Assembly (NCBI GenBank): GCA_020025615.1
Contig: JAHHRT010000001.1
Location: forward strand, 1 to 49,035
DNA: 49,035 nucleotides
Reading direction: 5' to 3'
Source: Oscillospiraceae bacterium
GTDB lineage: Bacteria > Bacillota > Clostridia > Oscillospirales > Oscillospiraceae
Under the pieces are notes generated by a model. It ran no database searches. It saw nothing but the letters and a program-made list of their open reading frames with translations, and had not been told where the DNA came from. The position numbers were made by a program, and so were the translations under genes. Positions 1 to 6,837 of the stretch are shown here, piece after piece. How positions within the stretch are numbered: position 1 is the stretch's first letter; each line of letters starts with the position of its first letter.

Positions 1-117
1 ACCTTTGTAGACGGGACCATCATGGAGTATGGCCGCATCATCGGCACTGTAGATGATGACGGCACCGTCTATGATCGGTACGGCAGCCGCACAGACTACA
101 CCTACGAGGAAGACTAA
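1..117 (+). CDS. 3' end of a hypothetical protein (partial; ...TFVDGTIMEYGRIIGTVDDDGTVYDRYGSRTDYTYEED*)
   Basis: Frame 1 is open from the window edge to TAA at 115-117, with a protein-like Gly/Asp beta-hairpin pattern. Confidence 0.6.
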   Translation, partial: TFVDGTIMEYGRIIGTVDDDGTVYDRYGSRTDYTYEED

Positions 118-363
118 AAGTTTGATAGTATAATTGCAGATCGTATCCTCGGAGATTATTAAAACAGGCTGCTACAGCGAATCGAACGGGAAATAAATGA
201 TCGGATATCTTAAATAAATGCATACTCGATTTATCAAATATATTAAATATAGCAATGAATACAATTGAAAAATTGCTGAAAATATTGCATTTTCTTTATG
301 AAGAATAAAATTCTTAATCGTTCATAGTTTAATATAAGTTTTAAAAATACTTGGAGATGAGTT

Positions 364-1326
364 ATGGATACAAATTACACATTTGATCAGTGGGTCTGGA
401 AATTAGACCAGGGAGATGTGGCTGCCAATAGCCAGTGGGACCAATATTGTGCGCAATATGGAAGCCGCTTTTATGCTATGCTGGATGAAAGCCGTATCAG
501 AATATATTATAATGCAGCCTGCGCAGGCGATCAGAAGGCCCGTTATTGGATGGGTGTTTCCTATGCCAGGACAAATCCTGATGTAGCACAACAATGGCTT
601 CAGCCCTTGTTGGATAAAAATAATATGTCTTCTATCCGTGTTATGCAGATGTGTTATGCCGGCGCTGCAGGATGTACAGGTGATCCTGCGAAATATGAAT
701 ACTGGCTCACGTTGGGAGCAAAACTAGGAGATCTGGGTTCTCAGATTTCACTTGCCGATCATTATTATATTCACGCATTAGAATCAACAACTTTTAATCA
801 GAAGTGGCAGCTGCTTCTGCAGGCAGAAACTTGGTACATTGAGGCAACCAAGCAGAGAAGCCAGAGAGGTGCAATCGGAGTCCTTAAAGTCTGTGATGAA
901 TTCGAAAATGGCATGATGGCACAATTTCGGTTCTCAAATTCAAACCAGAGATTGAACTATGCATTTGTCAAAGAATGTGTGAACAATAGCAATCCGAGCA
1001 CCAATGAAGAAGCGCAGATAAAAGATACATTCCTTGACTGGTTTGACGAAAGAATGTGGGCCTGCGACGTGGCTATGCACTGCCAGTGCGAACAGGATGA
1101 AATGCGAAATATGTATGTTGCCATGGGCGCATTTTATAGGAATTCTCAGTCTTATATGCCTGATCTTTTAAACGTTAAGCGAGGAATTTACTGTTTCTAT
1201 CAGGCAGGACAATATGGTGATTCCTTAGGTTTGCGAAACAGCCGTGAGATGGCAAGGGACTACGGTGTTTGGTTTGATGAAAGTAATCCTGAAGGCTGGA
1301 AAATAAGAGAACGGCTGTTTGACTAA
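364..1326 (+). CDS. Sel1-like (SLR/TPR) repeat protein
   Basis: 320-aa ORF with GGAG RBS; repeated A..GD..A...G..Y and W...A..G patterns (AACAGDQKARYWMGVSY, WLTLGAKLGDLGSQISLADHY, FYQAGQYGD). Confidence 0.65.
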   Translation: MDTNYTFDQWVWKLDQGDVAANSQWDQYCAQYGSRFYAMLDESRIRIYYNAACAGDQKARYWMGVSYARTNPDVAQQWLQPLLDKNNMSSIRVMQMCYAGAAGCTGDPAKYEYWLTLGAKLGDLGSQISLADHYYIHALESTTFNQKWQLLLQAETWYIEATKQRSQRGAIGVLKVCDEFENGMMAQFRFSNSNQRLNYAFVKECVNNSNPSTNEEAQIKDTFLDWFDERMWACDVAMHCQCEQDEMRNMYVAMGAFYRNSQSYMPDLLNVKRGIYCFYQAGQYGDSLGLRNSREMARDYGVWFDESNPEGWKIRERLFD

Positions 1327-1429
1327 GAGACTCATTAAAGGCAATTTGAATATCTCAACTTATATTTCCAATTGTTTTCGTTTGTTTGAAAAACATATAT
1401 TAATAATAGTAAAAAAGGAGAAAAGTTAA

Positions 1430-1885
1430 ATGTGGGCATTACTACCAGAACGAATCTGCGGGCAGCCTGTCAATATTGGCAGCGGTATTTCTCTGAATGA
1501 TTTGGCCAGCCAAATCAATATGTTAGGCAGGCAGAGAAATATTCCTGTCAGCACACAACTGGACCAGGCAAAGCATAACAACGGCGTCACATCACTTTTT
1601 AATGCTCCTGTGCAGTGCCTTGTTGTTTACCACCCGAATCATAGAAGCGACTATTACAACTACTTATTCGTTCAGCAACCAATGAATGGTGGAGTATTTC
1701 TTTCCCAGTATCTCGGTGGAAACAGTTCCAGCTTCAGTAAACAGATTCTGGGAAAAAGTATGGGTGGTATTTTTGGAGGCGTGGTTCAACGCTCTGGAAT
1801 GGCAAGAGAGCAGGAAGAACACGCTTATTACGATGCAATCAATGATTTGGTTGCTCAGGCTTTGTCCAATCTGCTATCGCGTTGA
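1430..1885 (+). CDS. hypothetical protein (151 aa)
   Basis: Strong AAAGGAG RBS upstream of ATG; no family recognised. Confidence 0.75.
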   Translation: MWALLPERICGQPVNIGSGISLNDLASQINMLGRQRNIPVSTQLDQAKHNNGVTSLFNAPVQCLVVYHPNHRSDYYNYLFVQQPMNGGVFLSQYLGGNSSSFSKQILGKSMGGIFGGVVQRSGMAREQEEHAYYDAINDLVAQALSNLLSR

Positions 1886-1924
1886 AACAGAAAGGAACCA
1901 TGCCTTTTACGCAAAGGAGGTGTT

Positions 1925-2050
1925 ATGATGCGTTACGAGAAGCCCGTAATTAAGAAAGTGGAAGCCAATGTTACCGTCCGGAACATGGCTGATGACCAGG
2001 GTGAGTGCCATGGCGGTCACTGCGTCCGCTGTATTCACGCCTATGGTTAA
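1925..2050 (+). CDS. putative RiPP precursor peptide, 41 aa (MMRYEKPVIKKVEANVTVRNMADDQGECHGGHCVRCIHAYG; start may be 1928)
   Basis: Translated by hand. AAAGGAGG RBS at 1913-1920, ATG at 1925/1928, TAA at 2048-2050. YxxPxI leader motif and Cys/His-rich C-terminus. Lies directly upstream of the PqqD and rSAM/SPASM genes. Confidence 0.85.
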   Translation: MMRYEKPVIKKVEANVTVRNMADDQGECHGGHCVRCIHAYG

Positions 2051-2064
2051 TCACAGCACAATCC

Positions 2065-2101
2065 AAAAGGAGTGCCCGGATCTGTTCGGGCATTCCTTTT
2101 T
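2065..2101 (+). terminator. stem-loop/intrinsic terminator after the precursor gene
   Basis: AAAAGGAGTGCCCGGA-tctg-TTCGGGCATTCCTTTTT inverted repeat (with G-U pairs) ending in a T-run. Confidence 0.75.
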
Positions 2102-2280
2102 GCTATAAAAGCTATCCTCTGAAAGGGCGGCCAGCAATCAATCTGCAATTGGAAAACCTTTTATACGTCTTCAGTCGCAGCTGTAATAGCTGCTTATAGG
2201 GCCAGTATAAACCACTTGTTAAGCTGGTGGCCTTGACTTAAGAATTACAAACAATCTATAAGCTGGGAAGTGAAACAAAA

Positions 2281-2574
2281 GTGAAGTTCAGTAAAAATCA
2301 GAATATCATTTTAAGAAAAGTACATGGGTCATTTTTTCTGGTAAATATCAGCGATCATTATGACAGGGACCGATGCATTCTGTTTGAATTAAACCATATT
2401 GGAGCATTTATATGGAACAGCCTGGATGTACCCAAAAGTATAGAGGAGGTATCCATTATCCTCCAGAGGGAACTTGCCGACCCAGTGGAGCTTTCAGTCC
2501 TTGAAAATGATGTGGAACAGTTCGTCTCTGAGTTGCGGAAACTCAGATTTTTGGAGGAAGAAGCCAATGGATGA
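2281..2574 (+). CDS. PqqD-family stand-alone RiPP recognition element (RRE)
   Basis: 97 aa (GTG start) with the PqqD pattern LRKVHGSFFLV...LFELNHIGAFIWNSL...SIEEV...LENDVEQFVSELRKLRFLE; overlaps the rSAM start by 8 nt. Confidence 0.88.
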   Translation: MKFSKNQNIILRKVHGSFFLVNISDHYDRDRCILFELNHIGAFIWNSLDVPKSIEEVSIILQRELADPVELSVLENDVEQFVSELRKLRFLEEEANG

Positions 2575-3670
2575 GATTTTTCTTGAAAATTCAATCAACA
2601 CAGTCCTTGATTTTGCTACAGATAAGCGGCTTGTATGGGAGAAAAATCACAAGCTCTATTCAGTCATTTTTGAAATTACGGCCAGGTGTAATTTTAACTG
2701 TGTCCATTGCTATCTTCATGACCACCATTGCTCTGATCAACTTTCCTTTGAGAGGGTCATTGAGATTATTGATATCCTTTATGAAAAAGAAGTGCTTTTT
2801 ATTACTTTTACAGGGGGAGACATTTTTACAAGGAAGGATTTCGCGCAAATTTACATGTACGCAAAAAGAAAAGGCTTTATCATTGAGCTTTATACAAATG
2901 GTTCTCTGATTAATGATGAATTAATAGACATGTTCAAGCAGTATCCTCCTTTGCTGATTGATATCTCGCTCTATGGCTCCTGCGAGGAAACATATAGAAA
3001 AACAACAGAAGTGTCCGGAGCTTTTGAAAAAGTAATTCATAATATAAGAAAATTGAAAGAAGCTGGAATTCGGGTTTCACTCAAGGCACCTGTTTTGAGC
3101 CTGTACTTCAATGAACTACCTGCAATGAAACAAATTGCAGAAGAGTTTGATCTGCCTTTCCGTACTGGATTTGAAATTTTCACATCCGTTGACAATGATG
3201 ATTCAGTAAAAAGCTACGCCGTTCCATTAAAAGATTCACTACGGTATGAACTGGAGCAGTTTGACAAAAATCCCAGGACCTATGGAGAGGGCTATGATAC
3301 TGAAGTTGTAGATCTTGTAAAATACAGACCACTATTTCGTTGTAAGCTTGGCAGATCAAGCTGTGTGATTGATTACCAGGGAAATATGTGTCCCTGTATG
3401 TCTTTCAGACACGTAGGAAAAAAACTAACCAGAGACAATTTTGATGAAATATGGACCAGTTTCAGACAGTATCCCCGTATGAAAGCAAGTCCTGATTATA
3501 AATGTCTGAGATGTAAGGCCTATGATTTTTGCGATATTTGTCCAGCTATGATGGATTTTGTTTATAAAGATATGGAATATGTGGACGAGCATTTCTGCAA
3601 GAGCGCCTTTGCCCGCTATAACCATTACATTCAGAAGCAATCTATTGAAGAGTCCCTGAAACATATATGA
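2567..3670 (+). CDS. radical SAM/SPASM-domain peptide maturase (367 aa)
   Basis: CNFNCVHC (CX3CX2C), FTGGD and YTNG motifs; SPASM Cys pattern C-KLGRSSCVIDYQ-GNMCPC...CLRCKAYDFCDIC...FC; ATG at 2567 after GGAGG. Confidence 0.93.
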   Translation: MDEIFLENSINTVLDFATDKRLVWEKNHKLYSVIFEITARCNFNCVHCYLHDHHCSDQLSFERVIEIIDILYEKEVLFITFTGGDIFTRKDFAQIYMYAKRKGFIIELYTNGSLINDELIDMFKQYPPLLIDISLYGSCEETYRKTTEVSGAFEKVIHNIRKLKEAGIRVSLKAPVLSLYFNELPAMKQIAEEFDLPFRTGFEIFTSVDNDDSVKSYAVPLKDSLRYELEQFDKNPRTYGEGYDTEVVDLVKYRPLFRCKLGRSSCVIDYQGNMCPCMSFRHVGKKLTRDNFDEIWTSFRQYPRMKASPDYKCLRCKAYDFCDICPAMMDFVYKDMEYVDEHFCKSAFARYNHYIQKQSIEESLKHI

Positions 3671-3773
3671 TAGAAAGGCAATGCCGCAAGAACTGCAGGT
3701 AAGCCTTCGATGCAGGAATACGCACCAATAGTGCTGGATGTAATTGAATAAAAAGCCGGGGAACATCCCAAGA

Positions 3774-3852
3774 AGAAGTGTCCCAAAAAAGTTAGACAAT
3801 ATTTTTAAGGAAATACTGTTCAAGCTGCCGAAAGGGCTTGCCGTCTGTGTAA
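3774..3852 (-). mobile_element. IS3/IS150-family right-end remnant (last transposase codons LHRRQALSAA* plus terminal inverted repeat)
   Basis: Minus strand 3852-3820 reads LHRRQALSAA*, resembling Firmicutes IS3 OrfB C-termini; GAAGTGTCCCAAAAAAGTTAGACA (3775-3798) resembles an IS150/IS861-type IR. Confidence 0.65.
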
Positions 3853-4213
3853 TGATATGCTCCCTCTATGAGAGACAGTGAAATGAAACACTGTCAAACA
3901 CGGAGGGAGCATTATTGTGCCGCAAAAGCAGAAACTATGTTTAGAAGAAAAAGTCAGACTCGTACGGGATTACCTCAAAGGGAAAATCGGTATCCGTGAA
4001 GCAGCTCGGAGAGGAGACGTTTTGCGAGACTCCATAAGGCAATGGGCACGCAACCATGAAACAGATGGAATTGAGGCTTTTTTACCGCATAGGAACCGTG
4101 TATACACTCCAGAGTTAAAGAAAAAGCGGTGGAGGATTATTTGTCCGGTACAGGAGGCCAAAACGATATTTGAAAAAAGTATAGCATTATATCAAAATTT
4201 TTGCAATAAATAA
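3853..4213 (+). pseudogene. IS3-family left end with a degenerate transposase OrfA (HTH)
   Basis: Starts TGATATGCTCCC...GACAG. ORF 3917 EEKVRLVRDYLKGKIGIREAARR...IRQW...NRVYTPELK shifts frame near 4125; the alternate frame AVEDYLSGTGGQNDI*KKY has a premature stop; no OrfB follows. Confidence 0.8.
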
Positions 4214-4215
4214 AG

Positions 4216-4252
4216 AAAAAGTGCTAAGAATACATGATTCTTAGCACTTTTT
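4216..4252 (-). terminator. intrinsic terminator downstream of tRNA-Ala (symmetric, probably bidirectional)
   Basis: AAAAAGTGCTAAGAAT-acatg-ATTCTTAGCACTTTTT perfect inverted repeat. Confidence 0.8.
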
Positions 4253-4328
4253 TGGTGGACTTGAGGAGATTCGAACTCCCGACCCCCACAATGCGAATGT
4301 GGTGCGCTCCCAGCTGCGCTACAAGCCC
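4253..4328 (-). tRNA. tRNA-Ala(CGC)
   Basis: Reverse complement GGGCTTGTAGCGCAGCTGGGAGCGCACCACATTCGCATTGTGGGGGTCGGGAGTTCGAATCTCCTCAAGTCCACCA: 76-nt cloverleaf, anticodon CGC, G3:U70 Ala determinant, encoded CCA. Confidence 0.97.
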
Positions 4329-4343
4329 AAAGATTACTTAAAT

Positions 4344-4372
4344 ATTATACGGCGGTGGTTTTGGAATGTCAA
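4344..4372 (-). promoter_or_regulatory. sigma-A promoter of tRNA-Ala
   Basis: Perfect TTGACA-17 nt-TATAAT on the minus strand. Confidence 0.85.
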
Positions 4373-4376
4373 GGAT

Positions 4377-4409
4377 AAAAAAGCAGTGGGAGCCGGAAGA
4401 CTCCCACTG
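4377..4409 (-). terminator. terminator of the CaCA antiporter gene
   Basis: CAGTGGGAG/CTCCCACTG stem followed by a T-run on the minus strand. Confidence 0.7.
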
Positions 4410-4417
4410 GAGTTTCT

Positions 4418-5380
4418 TTACATAGTGAACTGGATGATGCAGAAAGCGGCGTAGATGCAGAGCAGCAGGATGCCCTGTGCACGGCTCAGCTTCTTGCGGA
4501 AAATAGCGGGCAGGGTCATGATTGCCATGACGGAGAGCATCACGGGGATGTCCAGCACCAGGGATGCATTGTGACCGAAGAGGGTGCTTGCCACGGGGAC
4601 CTCGAAGGGAGCCAGGGTAACGCTGACGCCGGAGACCAGCACCAGGTTAAAGATGTTTGCGCCGATGACATTACCCAGAGACAGAGAACCGTGCCCCTTG
4701 ACAAGGGAGGTGATGGCGGTGACCAGCTCGGGCAGGGAAGTACCCAGAGCCACGAAGGTCAGAGCGATGACGGACTCGGGAACACCCAGAGCCTGGGCGA
4801 TGAGGGTGCCGTTGTTAACCAGCAGATTTGCGCCCACAGCAATGACAGCAGCGCCGCCGATGAGGAGCAGCAGGGCCTTCCACAGAGGCTCATCCTCGGT
4901 TTCTTCGGCATGCTCCTCTGCATTGGGCTCCTTAAAGCCGGCACGAATGGTGAGGTACATATAGACAACGAAGATAGCCAGCATGACGATGCCCAGAGGA
5001 CGGCTGAAATAGCCGGTGGTGTAGGCAGTCAGGCAGTAGATGGCAGCGGAGAGGAAGAAGAAAATGACGGGCATTTTCAGGGCCTTGGCATTGACAGGGC
5101 CGGGCTTTACGGTAATGGTGATCGCGGCAATCAGTGCGGTGTTGCAGATGATGGAGCCGATGGCATTGCCGTAGGCCATAGCACCCTGACCGTTCAGAGC
5201 ACCGGTGGCAGAAACCATAACTTCGGGCAGGGTAGTGCCGATAGAAACCACGGTAGCGCCCACGATGATTTCAGGAATGTGGAAGCGGCGGGCGATGTCT
5301 GTTGCGCCGTCAACGAACCAGTCGCCGCCTTTGATCAGCAGAACCAGACCCACAATGAATAGCAGTACGGGGATAAGCAT
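4418..5380 (-). CDS. calcium/sodium antiporter (CaCA, YrbG-like)
   Basis: Two alpha-repeat motifs GTTLPE...GNAIGS and GTSLPE...GNVIGANIFN; about 10 TM helices. Confidence 0.92.
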   Translation of the reverse strand: MLIPVLLFIVGLVLLIKGGDWFVDGATDIARRFHIPEIIVGATVVSIGTTLPEVMVSATGALNGQGAMAYGNAIGSIICNTALIAAITITVKPGPVNAKALKMPVIFFFLSAAIYCLTAYTTGYFSRPLGIVMLAIFVVYMYLTIRAGFKEPNAEEHAEETEDEPLWKALLLLIGGAAVIAVGANLLVNNGTLIAQALGVPESVIALTFVALGTSLPELVTAITSLVKGHGSLSLGNVIGANIFNLVLVSGVSVTLAPFEVPVASTLFGHNASLVLDIPVMLSVMAIMTLPAIFRKKLSRAQGILLLCIYAAFCIIQFTM

Positions 5381-5504
5381 GGAAAAAATCTCCTTTTCAA
5401 AATAGATTGGCTGTATTGCCTACAAAAAAAGACCCGACAAGCCCAACCGGAAATGTCAAGTCTCAAAAAGGCTACAGGACAGTTCATGCATAGCTGGACA
5501 GATA

Positions 5505-5597
5505 TACATGAGTCTCGCAATTGGCGACAAGCCAGGCATTAAAGCCGTCATGTTGACCTGCCGCGCGCAGAACGCGCTTGCTACTCCCCCATAGTTT
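5505..5597 (-). ncRNA. yybP-ykoY (Mn2+) riboswitch
   Basis: Minus strand GGGGAGTAGC...GTCAACATGAC...GCGAGAC conserved blocks in the antiporter leader; TTGACT-17-TATTCT promoter upstream. Confidence 0.82.
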
Positions 5598-5716
5598 GTT
5601 ATCGTTCTTTTATTGTTCCCCAAGAATATCATGAAAATACTGGAAAGTCAAGATGTTGGGGCAGCTTTTTGACAGGAAATCATTTTGAATTGTGCTAGTA
5701 TGATGGAAAAGGAGGA

Positions 5717-6775
5717 ATGAATATGAAAATGTTTTGGAAGGAGCTGCTGATCTGTGCATTTATGGGTCTGGTGCTTCCCGGTGCGCTTATGGAGGTCTCC
5801 TCCTCATTACTGCCCCCAAAAGGTGAAACAGAGGTGGTGGCAGAAACCACCCAGGAAACCGTCGAGGCATTTGGGGACGAGCTTTTTGTAAGCGGTATCA
5901 AGATTCCGGTGCGCTGGCCTGACGGCAGTGTGGAATCGGTGAATATGGAGGAATACCTGGTGGGTGTAGTGCTGGCGGAGATGCCCGCTTCCTTTGAAAC
6001 CGAGGCATTGAAAGCACAAGCCGTTGCCGCCCGGACCTATGCGGGGAAGATTCATAACGCCGAAGAAAAACATGGGGACGGCAGTGTTTGCACCGACAGC
6101 CAGTGCTGCCAGGCCTATATTTCCCCCACGGAGTACATCCAAAAAGGGGGCTCTCCTCAGGCTGTGGAAAAAGTCAGAGGGGCAGTGCTGGCAACGGCAG
6201 GGGAGGTGCTCTCCTATGATGGAGAGCTGATTGAGGCCACCTATTTTTCGTGCTCCGGCGGCAATACCGAAGATGCAAAAGCCGTGTGGGGAGCGGATTT
6301 TCCCTATCTTCGCGCGGTGGCCAGTCCCGGGGAGGAGGGAGCTGAATACTATCGGGATACCGTGAGCTTCTCGAAGGAAAAGCTGGAACTGGTTCTGGGG
6401 GTGACCTTGGGAGAGAAGCCGGAATCCTGGCTGGGAGAAATTACCAGAACACCGGGAAATGGCGTGAAAACCATAGAGATCGGCGGAAAGAAGTTTCAGG
6501 GGACACAGCTGCGGCAGCTGCTGGGGCTTCGCTCCACCTCCTTTACAGCGACTACGGGAGATCATGGGCTTACCATCGAGACCAGAGGCTACGGTCACCG
6601 GGTAGGCATGAGCCAATATGGAGCCGATGCCATGGCGGTTTCGGGGAAAACCTATGGGGAGATCCTCAGCTACTATTACCAGGGGACAGAGCTTACCCAA
6701 TACATAGACACCACCGTACCGGGCGGGGCTGTGGAAGTGATTGCCACAGAGCCAACGGAGAAAGATGTTGCATAA
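5717..6775 (+). CDS. spoIID: stage II sporulation protein D (lytic transglycosylase)
   Basis: EEYLVGVVLAEMPASFETEALKAQAVAARTY, HGDGSVCTDSQCCQAY, GYGHRVGMSQYGA. Confidence 0.92.
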   Translation: MNMKMFWKELLICAFMGLVLPGALMEVSSSLLPPKGETEVVAETTQETVEAFGDELFVSGIKIPVRWPDGSVESVNMEEYLVGVVLAEMPASFETEALKAQAVAARTYAGKIHNAEEKHGDGSVCTDSQCCQAYISPTEYIQKGGSPQAVEKVRGAVLATAGEVLSYDGELIEATYFSCSGGNTEDAKAVWGADFPYLRAVASPGEEGAEYYRDTVSFSKEKLELVLGVTLGEKPESWLGEITRTPGNGVKTIEIGGKKFQGTQLRQLLGLRSTSFTATTGDHGLTIETRGYGHRVGMSQYGADAMAVSGKTYGEILSYYYQGTELTQYIDTTVPGGAVEVIATEPTEKDVA

Positions 6776-6796
6776 TTCATAAGATAGTGTTATAAT
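6768..6796 (+). promoter_or_regulatory. sigma-A promoter of the nucleoside kinase gene
   Basis: TTGCAT-17-TATAAT. Confidence 0.6.
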
Positions 6797-6837
6797 GACA
6801 TACCAAAACTATACAAATAGCCCAAGGAGGCGATGGT

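Noticed and set aside
1925..2050. Lasso peptide interpretation (YxxPxI leader; T17 at -2 would put E27 at core position 9)
   Set aside because: No lasso cyclase or B2 peptidase is in the window, the core would start with an atypical Arg, and the adjacent enzyme is a rSAM/SPASM protein.
1686..2199. Track ORFs 1686-1928 and 2005-2199
   Set aside because: They are out-of-frame overlaps of better-supported genes, lack an RBS, and the second runs through the terminator hairpin.
2474..2566. 31-aa N-terminal extension of the rSAM ORF
   Set aside because: It lies inside the PqqD gene; ATG 2567 has a GGAGG RBS and a typical short overlap.
1925..3670. PQQ, mycofactocin or SCIFF assignment
   Set aside because: The peptide lacks ExxxY, the IDGxCGVY terminus and the six-Cys SCIFF pattern, and there are no pqqBC or mftDEF genes.
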